A stretch of 64,000 nt of DNA. Source: Histomonas meleagridis 2922-C6/04-290x (lineage: Eukaryota > Protista > Parabasalia). The stretch covers positions 321,888 through 385,887 of the forward strand of contig JAANOX010000271.1 of NCBI GenBank assembly GCA_020184695.1, given 5' to 3'. Position numbers and translations under genes: made by a program. The notes under the pieces were generated by a model. It had not been told where the DNA came from. It worked only from the letters and a program-made list of their open reading frames with translations, and did no database searches. Within the stretch, counting starts at the first letter, position 1. Every line of letters begins with the position of its first letter. Shown in pieces: positions 46,811-55,769 of the stretch.

Positions 46811-49255
46811 TTAATTGTATTTCTGACGTTTCTTTCCTCCCTTTTGTTGTTGCTTGTTCTTATCTTCCACTGGTTTAATATGTGTGCGCCTTAATTCCAC
46901 TGGAAGCTTATGTACATCCTTCGAGTCATCATATGGTCCTCCGGTGACCACGGCCCATGGCGATGATTGCTTCTGCTCTTCGACACTATTTGTTGCTGCT
47001 TCTTCTTCAGTTGCAACTTGTTCTTCTTCGGCAACAACTGTTTCTGTCACTGCTGGTGTTTGTGGTGCAACTTCTTTCTTTTGTTGCTGCTGTTGCTGTT
47101 TCTTGTTCTTCTTTTGTTTCTTGTCTTCTTCAATTGGCTTTGCATGTGTGCGACGTAATTCAACTGGAAGTTTGTGTACGTCTTTGGAATCGTCGTATGG
47201 TTCGCCGGTGATGACTGCCCATGGTGTGACTGTTGGCTGCTGGCTTTCAACATTTGGCTGTGGCTCTTCAACAACTTCTTCGGCTTGAATTTGTTCTTTT
47301 TCTTCATTAGCAACTACTGATTCTTTAACTGGTGTTTCTTTCTTTTGTTGCTTTTGTTGCTTAGCATTTTGCTGCTTCTTCTTGTTCTTCTTTTGTTTCT
47401 TGTCTTCTTCAATTGGCTTTACATGTGTGCGACGTAATTCAACTGGAAGTTTATGTACGTCTTTGGAATCGTCATATGGTTCGCCAGTGATGACAACCCA
47501 TGGTGTTGCTACTGGTTGTTGTTCATTTTCAACTGTTTGATGAGGTTCTTCAACAACTTCTTCAGCTTTGACTGGTGCCTTTTCCTCTTCAACAGTAACA
47601 ATTTCCTTAGCAGGTGCTTCTTTCTTTTGTTGTTTATGTTGCTTTGGCTTTTTGTTTGGCTTTTGTTGTTTTGGTTGCTTTTGTTGCTTTGGCTGTTGTT
47701 GTTGTTGTTGTGGCTTCTTATTCTTTTGCTTCTTGTCTTCTTCAATCGGCTTTACATGTGTGCGACGTAATTCAACTGGAAGTTTATGTACATCTTTGGA
47801 ATCATCGTATGGTTCTCCATTGATTACTGCCCATGGTGTTGTTGCAACATGTTTTTGTTCATTTTCAATTGTTGGCTGAGGTACTTCAACAACTTCTTCA
47901 GCATGAACCGGTGCTTTTTCTTCTTCTTTAACAACAACTGGTTCTTTAACTGGCGCTGGCTTTGCCTCCTTCTTTGGCTGCTTCTTCACGTCCTCTGGTT
48001 GCATTTGAAGAAGTGATTCTGTTATTTGTGTCCATGGTGTGTTGGGTTTCTTTGGTTCTTCTTTGTGTGGTGGAGAAGTCTTCTTTTGTTTGTTTTGTTG
48101 TGCCTTCTTAGTTTGTTTTGGCTTTGTTTGATTCTTTGGTGCTTGTTTTTGATTTTCATTCTGTTTGTTTTGTTGCTTCTGTTGTGGCTGTTGTTGCTGT
48201 TGATTATTTGTTCGCTTTTCTTTTTCTTCAGTTGGCTTAAGATGTGTACGACGGAGTTCAACAGGAATTCTGTGGACAAATTTGGAGTCATCGTATGGCT
48301 CTTCTGATATAACTGCCCATGGCTTTTGCTGTGGAACAGATTGTGGTTGGGATACTGTTTCAACAGGTTCAGTAACTTCTTCCTTTGGAGCTTCTGGTGC
48401 TGGTGATTGCTTCGTTTGTTGTTTTGGCTGTTTTGGTTGCTTAGGTTGCTTTTGCTGATTATTATTTTGCTTCTTATTCTTGTTTTTGTCCATTTCTTCA
48501 ATTTGTTTGATATGAGTACGACGAAGTTCAGGTGGAAGTTTGTGTACATCTTTGGAATCATCATATACATCTTCTTCTGATATGTTGGCCCATACTGAAT
48601 TAGGTTTAACTGGTTGGGTTGGTTGCGTTGGTTGAACTTGTTGTGATTGTTGGGTTTGTGTTGTTCGTGGTTTACGTTGTTTGGGTGGTGATTTCTTGGG
48701 CTTAGAATCTTTTTGTGGTTGTGGTTTTGTCTTTTGTTCTTCTGTGGTTTGAGTGGCTTTGGGATTGTTGTGTGTACGACGTAATTCTGGAGGAGTTCTT
48801 CGAACTGCATGTGTATCATCATAAGGTGTAGATTGATTATTTAAGAGTGCTTGAATTGCTGTCCAATTTGAATTCTTCTCTGCAGTAGATTTGGATACTG
48901 TTGAACTAGGATTGGCTTCAGGCTTTGGTGTTTGTTTTATTATTTTTGGTTGTTGATGATTTTGATTTTGTTGAAGTTCTTGTGAGTTAAAGTTGTTTGT
49001 GAAATCAGACCATGGAGTTTGTACAGTTTGTGGTTGTGGTTCTGTCTTCTGTTGGTTAATTTTATTGTTCGCTTGATTTACTCTTGGATGTGGAGTTGGC
49101 TTTCTAATAGGTTTCTTAGTTTGCTCTATATGTTCATTTTCGGTAAGCTTAACATCGCTCCATGTTGGTGCCTTTTTGGCTTGCATTGTCGAGAGTGGCC
49201 TCCACCATTCAATTATTTCGGTTTGTCGGTTTGGCCAGACAGCATAAAATGTCAT
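46811..49255 (-). CDS. Q/K/E/P-rich repeat protein with seven YDDxxxVxxxPxELRRTH motifs
   Basis: 814-aa ORF; the motif recurs seven times between low-complexity spacers. Confidence 0.85.
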   Translation of the reverse strand: MTFYAVWPNRQTEIIEWWRPLSTMQAKKAPTWSDVKLTENEHIEQTKKPIRKPTPHPRVNQANNKINQQKTEPQPQTVQTPWSDFTNNFNSQELQQNQNHQQPKIIKQTPKPEANPSSTVSKSTAEKNSNWTAIQALLNNQSTPYDDTHAVRRTPPELRRTHNNPKATQTTEEQKTKPQPQKDSKPKKSPPKQRKPRTTQTQQSQQVQPTQPTQPVKPNSVWANISEEDVYDDSKDVHKLPPELRRTHIKQIEEMDKNKNKKQNNNQQKQPKQPKQPKQQTKQSPAPEAPKEEVTEPVETVSQPQSVPQQKPWAVISEEPYDDSKFVHRIPVELRRTHLKPTEEKEKRTNNQQQQQPQQKQQNKQNENQKQAPKNQTKPKQTKKAQQNKQKKTSPPHKEEPKKPNTPWTQITESLLQMQPEDVKKQPKKEAKPAPVKEPVVVKEEEKAPVHAEEVVEVPQPTIENEQKHVATTPWAVINGEPYDDSKDVHKLPVELRRTHVKPIEEDKKQKNKKPQQQQQQPKQQKQPKQQKPNKKPKQHKQQKKEAPAKEIVTVEEEKAPVKAEEVVEEPHQTVENEQQPVATPWVVITGEPYDDSKDVHKLPVELRRTHVKPIEEDKKQKKNKKKQQNAKQQKQQKKETPVKESVVANEEKEQIQAEEVVEEPQPNVESQQPTVTPWAVITGEPYDDSKDVHKLPVELRRTHAKPIEEDKKQKKNKKQQQQQQKKEVAPQTPAVTETVVAEEEQVATEEEAATNSVEEQKQSSPWAVVTGGPYDDSKDVHKLPVELRRTHIKPVEDKNKQQQKGGKKRQKYN

Positions 49256-49351
49256 TTTAGTTCATAATAATTTAAATGGAAATTTTGGTTAAAATGTACA
49301 ATATTTTTGGTTGACAATTTTTATTGAGAGGAAAAAATTGGCATTTAATAT

Positions 49352-50443
49352 TTGCTAAGAATCATTGTGTACGTTTATTTTTACCAAATGTGGAAACAAA
49401 TTTTTCGTCTTCAAAAGCATTTTAAACCAATTACAGCAGTTTCAATAAGATGCGATGAAAAGGTTTTTGTTACTGCATCAAAAGATGAATCCGTTGGTGT
49501 ATATTATTTTGATTCAAAAGATTTCAAGTATTTAAGAGCACATTCAAGTTCTGTTACCGACGTTGCTTTTTCATCAAACGGGGATGTTTTTGCAAGTACA
49601 GATTATGAAGGATCAATAATTTTATGGAGTTCTAATAATCTCGAAAAAAAGACAAAAATTACACAAAACAATAAATCACCAATTACAGGCATTTCTTGGT
49701 CGGAAAGTTATGAAAATTTTGTTGTTGGATTCCAACAGTCAGCAATAATTTGGTCTATAAATAATCTTGAGCCATATTTTACAATTTCAAATCTACAAGG
49801 AAACGTCCGTTCATTACAATGGCATGACAATTTGATCGCAATTGCAGGTGACTTTTCGAATATTTTAATTTTCGATTATCGTTCAGGAACAATTGTCCAA
49901 TCTTTTCAAGGAAAAAAATTTAATTGTGTTTCTTTCAACAACGATGGGACATTTCTTGCTGGTAGTGAGTATGATAAAATTAAAATTTGGGATCTTCGAA
50001 ATTGCTCAAATCTTAACACGTTATATGAGCATTCTGATTTGATTACTAAAATAGGATTCAACCCAAAAACTAATGATATTTTAAGCATTAGTAAGAATGG
50101 TACTAGTCGAATCTGGAATGTTTTTTCAGAAGAACCAATGCGTTCATTTCACCATAAGAAGGCAGTTAATGGATTTTGTTGGTATCCGAAGTCATATGGA
50201 TTCATTACTGTTGGCGATGAGAAGAAAATTCGAGGCTATAAATACAAGTTTCCAGATGAAATAGATTTTGGTGGCGAGGAATTTATGAGCAGTATTTATC
50301 AGATGCAAAGGACTCTTGGAAACATAACAAAAACAATGAAATCATTGGATGAGAGATTAATCCTGCAAGAAGAAAGAGTGATGCGTCTTAAAGATACGAA
50401 TTTGCGAATTACAAAAGCGTACAAGAAATCATTAGAAAAGTAA
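49352..50443 (+). CDS. WD40 protein with a C-terminal coiled coil, POC1-like (likely start MWKQ at about 49388)
   Basis: About 7 WD repeats, then MSSIYQMQRTLGNITKTMKSLDERLILQEERV resembling the POC1 C-terminal motif. Confidence 0.7.
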   Translation: MLRIIVYVYFYQMWKQIFRLQKHFKPITAVSIRCDEKVFVTASKDESVGVYYFDSKDFKYLRAHSSSVTDVAFSSNGDVFASTDYEGSIILWSSNNLEKKTKITQNNKSPITGISWSESYENFVVGFQQSAIIWSINNLEPYFTISNLQGNVRSLQWHDNLIAIAGDFSNILIFDYRSGTIVQSFQGKKFNCVSFNNDGTFLAGSEYDKIKIWDLRNCSNLNTLYEHSDLITKIGFNPKTNDILSISKNGTSRIWNVFSEEPMRSFHHKKAVNGFCWYPKSYGFITVGDEKKIRGYKYKFPDEIDFGGEEFMSSIYQMQRTLGNITKTMKSLDERLILQEERVMRLKDTNLRITKAYKKSLEK

Positions 50444-50776
50444 TAAACTGTTTTTAAATTAAAAGTTTTCTTTTAATTTGTAAAATTTATTAATGATTTA
50501 ATCTTCAACATGATTTTTCTTTGAAAATTATTATCAAATTTCTTATGTATGAATTTTTTTTCAATCAAGAATAGCTTTTTAATAGATCGTCCAAAAAAAA
50601 ACATATCTATATCGAAAGAGCCATTAAAATAACTCAGATAAAAAGTTAAGGTGGGTTTTATGAAGATTTGCTTATTCTAAAAAATTAAAATTGATCCAAC
50701 CATGCTTTGACAATTTTTAAGATGAAAGATATAACTTTTTATATATTCTGAATTTTTTTTGTAACAAAGCAGAAAA

Positions 50777-53422
50777 ATGATAAACCAGAATCAGGATGAA
50801 TGGGAAACATTTTTATCAATCAGACAAATAATTTTTAATTTAAACTCAAAAAATCTTGTTCAATCAATTAATTCCATAGCTAATAAATTTGACAATATTT
50901 ATCCATTATCTTTTAATACAGTTATCATTCAAATGATATATATCAAACTTGTTACGAACATTAATGATATTGATATATACTTAGAATTTCTTAAAGGAAT
51001 TGAAGCATTTGAAGAAAACCATAAAATCGAATCAAAAATCCTTCGAATGTTTTCACGTTTTCTTGATAAAAAGTCCTCATACGAATCATTTTATATCATG
51101 AATAAGATGAATGAACAAAATATTCTTGATTCAAAATATATTAAAAATTTGATCAAACCTAAAAATCCTTATTATTATGATTCTTTTTATGTAAAAATTG
51201 TAGAAAATGATTTTGAGCTTCATAAAAAATATGTTAAAGAAGGACATAATCCAAATAAAATTGCACAAATTATTCGAAATGATGAAATAGAAAAACTTCA
51301 AGAAATATTATCACAAAATGGTTTTGATATCAATCAGACTATCAAACCATCACTTTATGAAAGATGTTCATTTATTAACCATTCGAATGTCTCGTTAATT
51401 GATTATGCAGCATTTTTTTCAGCAGTTAAATGTTTTAGATATTTACTTATGAATAATGCTAATATAAAAAACACAGGAAAATATGCAATTGCAGGTGGAA
51501 ATTTAGAGATAATTCATTTATGTGAACAAAATCATTTATCATTTGAAGAAGCATCTGAAACTGCAATTCAATTTCATAAAAATGATATCTTTTATTATCT
51601 TTATGAAAACAATATCAAAGAAATTAAAACATTAGAAAAATTAGGAAGTAAATGTGTTTTATATTATAACTATGAAATTTTAACATTTTTAAAAGAGAAG
51701 GGAATGCAGATTAATGATGAAATCATTAATTCATCAGCACAACTTGGAAATTTATATCTTACGAAACATTTCCTTCAAAACAAACAAATCCCAAAAAATA
51801 TATTATATTACTCATTCGATTCTAAAAACATTGAATTTTTTAAATATATTTTGAAACAAGAAGGAATTGATATTAATGCTGAAACTATTTATTTGAAATA
51901 TATGAAATTTATTTTAATAATTTGGTTTGAATATAATTTATTTTGATGTTTTGATGTTTTAAAATAATATTTGGAAATTATTAAAATTATTTAAAACAGC
52001 ACTTATGAAAGCTTCTATAAATGGTGATACAAAAATAGTCAAATTACTTCTTGAACAAGAAGGAATTGATATTAATCATAAAAATATTTATTTGTTTTAT
52101 TTAATATTGATTTAAATAACATAATATTCTAAAATGATATTTGGAAATTATTTAAATTATTTAAAACAACACTTATTAGTGCATCTGAAAAAGGTAATAT
52201 AGAAATAGTTAAATTACTTCTTGAACAAGAAGGAATTGATATTAATGCGAAAGATATTCATGTGTTTTATTTAAAATTTATTTTAATAATTTCATATTTC
52301 AAAATAATATTTGGAAATTATTTAAATTATTTTATACAGCACTTATGCTTGCATCTTGGAACGGTCATACAGAAATAGTTAAATTACTTCTTGAACAAAA
52401 AGGAATTGATATTAATGCCAAAGATATTTATATGTTTTATTTATAATTTATTTTAATAATTTAATATATCAAAATAATTTTTGGAGATTATTTAAAATAT
52501 TTTATACAGCACTTATGTGGGCATCTTGGAAAGGTCATACAAAAATAGTTAAAATACTTCTTGAACAAGAAGGGATTGATATTAATTCTAAAACTATTTA
52601 TTTGTTTTATTTGAAATTTATTTTAATTACTTAAAGTTTCAAAATAATATTAGGAAATTATTTAAAATATTTAAAACAGCACTTATGATTGCATCTTATC
52701 ATGGTCAAATAGAAACAGTTAAATTACTTCTTGAACAAAAAGAAATTGATCTTATTAAAAATATTTATTTACTTTATTTGATATTTGTTTTAATAATTTG
52801 TTATTTAAAATTAATATTTGGAATTTTATATAATTGTTTTGCAATGTGCTTGTTTTTGCGTCTAGGGATGGTTTCATTGGAATCATTCAATTTCTTCTTG
52901 AACATAAAGGCATTAATGTTAATGCTAAATATATTTATTTGTTTTATTTAAAACATATTTTTTTTATATGGAAATAATTCAAAATATTTGAAACAGCACT
53001 TATTAAGGCATCTTCAAATGGTTATACAGAAATAGTTAAATTACTTCTTGAACAAGAAGGAATTGATATTAATGCTAAAAATATTTATATGTTTTATTTA
53101 TTATATATTTTAATAATTTTGTATGTCAAAATAATATTTGGAAATTATTTAAATTATTTTATACAGCACTTATGTATGCATCTTTAAATGGTCACACAGA
53201 AATAGTTAAATTACTTCTTGAACAAGAAGGAATTGATATTAATGCTAAAGATATTTATTTGTTTTATTTAAAATTTATTTTAATAATTTGATATTTTAAA
53301 ATAATATTTGGAAATTATTTAAAATATTTAAAACAGCACTTATTAAAGCATCTAGAGATGGTCATACAGAAATAGTTAAATTACTTCTTGAACAAGAAGG
53401 AATTGATATTAATGTCATATAA
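50777..53422 (+). CDS. DUF3447-ankyrin protein with nine ankyrin repeats, each preceded by a codon+17-nt interrupted loop
   Basis: DUF3447-type N-terminus in ORF 50777-51946. Nine stop-free 28-29-aa ankyrin cores start at 51996, 52166, 52336, 52506, 52676, 52843, 52993, 53163 and 53333. The last core ends INVI-TAA(A) at 53420-53422. Full coding requires processing (see findings). Confidence 0.8.
51884..53332 (+). other. Array of non-canonical intervening sequences: n x (3-nt codon + 17-nt AT-rich spacer) + codon
   Basis: Linkers are 83 nt (seven times), 63 nt (once) and 112 nt (the irregular first linker). GGA lies exactly 23 nt before the core start in all nine. Confidence 0.8.
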
Positions 53423-54066
53423 ATTTTATAAAAATATGTTTTTGACAATACTTGATGAATGTTAAGTCACTAAAAAGCAGTGTAGCTAGGTAAAAAAGTT
53501 TTTTTTAAATTTGCATTATACGGAAGTTGATTCTCATGATGATAAGAAACAACAATGTTTCAGACTACGTACAGTATCCGTAAAGATCAAAAGAGCATAA
53601 ATCTTACACAAGATTTCATTGAAATATTTCATGTGCCTTTAGTAAAATCATATCTGGATTCCTTGATCATCGTCGTTTCGTGGTTCTAAAGGCAAATTTA
53701 CCATGATTTTTAAAAATATATTCATCAAATTGTAAATAAAGTTAAAATGATCAAGACTTAAACACTTTTTCGTTTGTAATTTATCATGTCTAAACTTGTT
53801 TCACCTATCGTTATACAATGACATATGTAGATAATATTTTTGAGTAAAAAAAAAGGCAATTTAAATTCGCATTTCCTTATATATAATAAGGAATATTTAA
53901 ATAAGTAAAATCATGATTAATTTTCTAGAAAATTTGTGCGCCAAGTTAAATTTTAAGAAGCTTTGTCTGGTTACAAAAAGTGCCCATAATTGGTCGGCAG
54001 CGGCCGTTTAGAATGTTTTCAATGTAAATTTATCGTAAATTCGTCAGTTTTCAACCCATTTACGAA

Positions 54067-55332
54067 ATGACTCAAGAAGAAAAAGATGATGATTTTGTTC
54101 CATTAGATGAAACAGATCTTGCAATTATGGAAACATATTCAAAAGGACCATATGCAAAAGAGATCACAGAAACAGAAAAAGAGATCAAAAAAATGAGATC
54201 AAGCATTGATACAATCAGAGGAGTCACTAGTAGCGATACTGGATTTCTTCCTATGAACGAATGGGATCTCGAGAAAGATCGTAAAATGCTTTCAGAACCA
54301 TTTTTATATGTTGGTAATTGTGATAAAATTTTACCACCAGTTCCAAATGAGAAACAACATTACATCGTTTCATTACCTCATGCAGGAAAATATGTAGTTG
54401 AACTTTCCAAAAATGTTGCACCATCAGATATCACAGAAAATCTTAGAGTAGGACTTGATCATCGTGTTCTCAGTATTTCACTTCCACTTCCGCCAAGAAT
54501 AGACCCAATTGTTACAACAATGCAAGTCGAAGAAAAACCAGATGTCACATATGCAGATATTGGTGGCTGTAAAGAACAAATCGAAAAACTTAAAGAAATC
54601 ATAGAAATGCCTTTAATGCATCCAGAGCGCTTTGAGAAGCTCGGAATTGATCCCCCCAAAGGTGTTCTTTTCTATGGTCCGCCTGGAACAGGAAAAACTC
54701 TTTTAGCTCGTGCAGTAGCCAACAGGACCGACTCTGTCTTTATCAGAGTCATTGGCAGTGAGCTTGTACAGAAATATATTGGTGAAGGCGCAAGAATGGT
54801 TCGTGAAATCTTTAAGATGGCTCGAACCAAACCAAGTTGCATTATCTTCTTCGATGAGGTCGATGCATTTGGTACGACCCGTTCTGGTGACGAAGACGGC
54901 GCTGGACAGGAGGTCCAGAGGACGATGCTCGAGTTGATTTCGCAGTTGGACGGTTTTGACAGCAGGGGGAACGTTAAGGTTTTGATGGCGACGAACAGAC
55001 CGGACACATTAGACCCCGCTTTGATGCGTCCGGGAAGGCTTGACAGGAAAATTGAGTTTTCTGTACCAGATTTAGATGGTTTGGTACAAATCTTTAAGAT
55101 TCATACCAGATCGATGAGCGTTGAAAGAGGAGTTCGATATGAGTTATTGGCAAGATTATGTCAGAACTCAACAGGAGCTGATATTAGAAGCGTTTGTACA
55201 GAGGCAGGTATCATTGCGATTAGATCGAGAAGAAAAGCGATTTCAGAAAAGGACTTCTTGGATGCTATTAATAAGGTAATCAAAGGGTATTCAAAGTTCT
55301 CAGCAACACCAAAATATATGCAGTACAACTAA
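54067..55332 (+). CDS. RPT1: 26S proteasome AAA-ATPase Rpt1 (regulatory subunit 7)
   Basis: [27 protein letters not shown], Walker A GPPGTGKT, Walker [10 protein letters not shown]-terminus [11 protein letters not shown]. Confidence 0.95.
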   Translation: MTQEEKDDDFVPLDETDLAIMETYSKGPYAKEITETEKEIKKMRSSIDTIRGVTSSDTGFLPMNEWDLEKDRKMLSEPFLYVGNCDKILPPVPNEKQHYIVSLPHAGKYVVELSKNVAPSDITENLRVGLDHRVLSISLPLPPRIDPIVTTMQVEEKPDVTYADIGGCKEQIEKLKEIIEMPLMHPERFEKLGIDPPKGVLFYGPPGTGKTLLARAVANRTDSVFIRVIGSELVQKYIGEGARMVREIFKMARTKPSCIIFFDEVDAFGTTRSGDEDGAGQEVQRTMLELISQLDGFDSRGNVKVLMATNRPDTLDPALMRPGRLDRKIEFSVPDLDGLVQIFKIHTRSMSVERGVRYELLARLCQNSTGADIRSVCTEAGIIAIRSRRKAISEKDFLDAINKVIKGYSKFSATPKYMQYN

Positions 55333-55769
55333 AATATAATCAGCCTGAACACATTTTTATTTGATTTATAATACTATTTCTCATTATAAAAGAGTTTAAA
55401 CAAATGAACCAATTTCTGTTTCATGCCATTAATGAGTTATATTCTTTTTATGGTTTAATTAAAAATTCCATGTAAAAACGATAGGAATTTCAGAATGACG
55501 ATAATTTTTCTGTGTAAAACAGTTTCTGATCATTCAATTAATATATCGATACAAACAAATTTATTCAGCTGAAGTTTTGGATTTCATCAAAATGTTTTAA
55601 GTATTTTTCGAATGTTTATCACACCAATTTTTTACATAAAAAAAACTTTGTGCATTGAAAGTTATATCAAAATTTGTTTTTATTTAAGAAAAATAAATGT
55701 GATAATTATATTCGCTATAAATATTGAGAAATAAAACAAATTCGAGCACAAAAGCATCAACATTCTTTA

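Noticed and set aside
53251-53309. A single deletion between atattt direct repeats (53 nt), or a single matched-codon TTT hop
   Set aside because: This gives over-long non-consensus loops, and several copies have stops in the landing frame (TGG AAA TAA; TGG TAA); the take-off TTT is not universal.
52083-53340. Canonical GT-AG introns in the ankyrin linkers (GT of tgtttt to AG of acag)
   Set aside because: Joining these sites shifts the frame and deletes the conserved Thr; the GT and AG are missing in some copies (52760 linker, acaac at 52166); there is no trichomonad branch motif.
51884-53420. CRISPR-like array (regular repeat-spacer period)
   Set aside because: The 'spacers' are homologous ankyrin-coding cores, the host is eukaryotic, and no cas genes are present.
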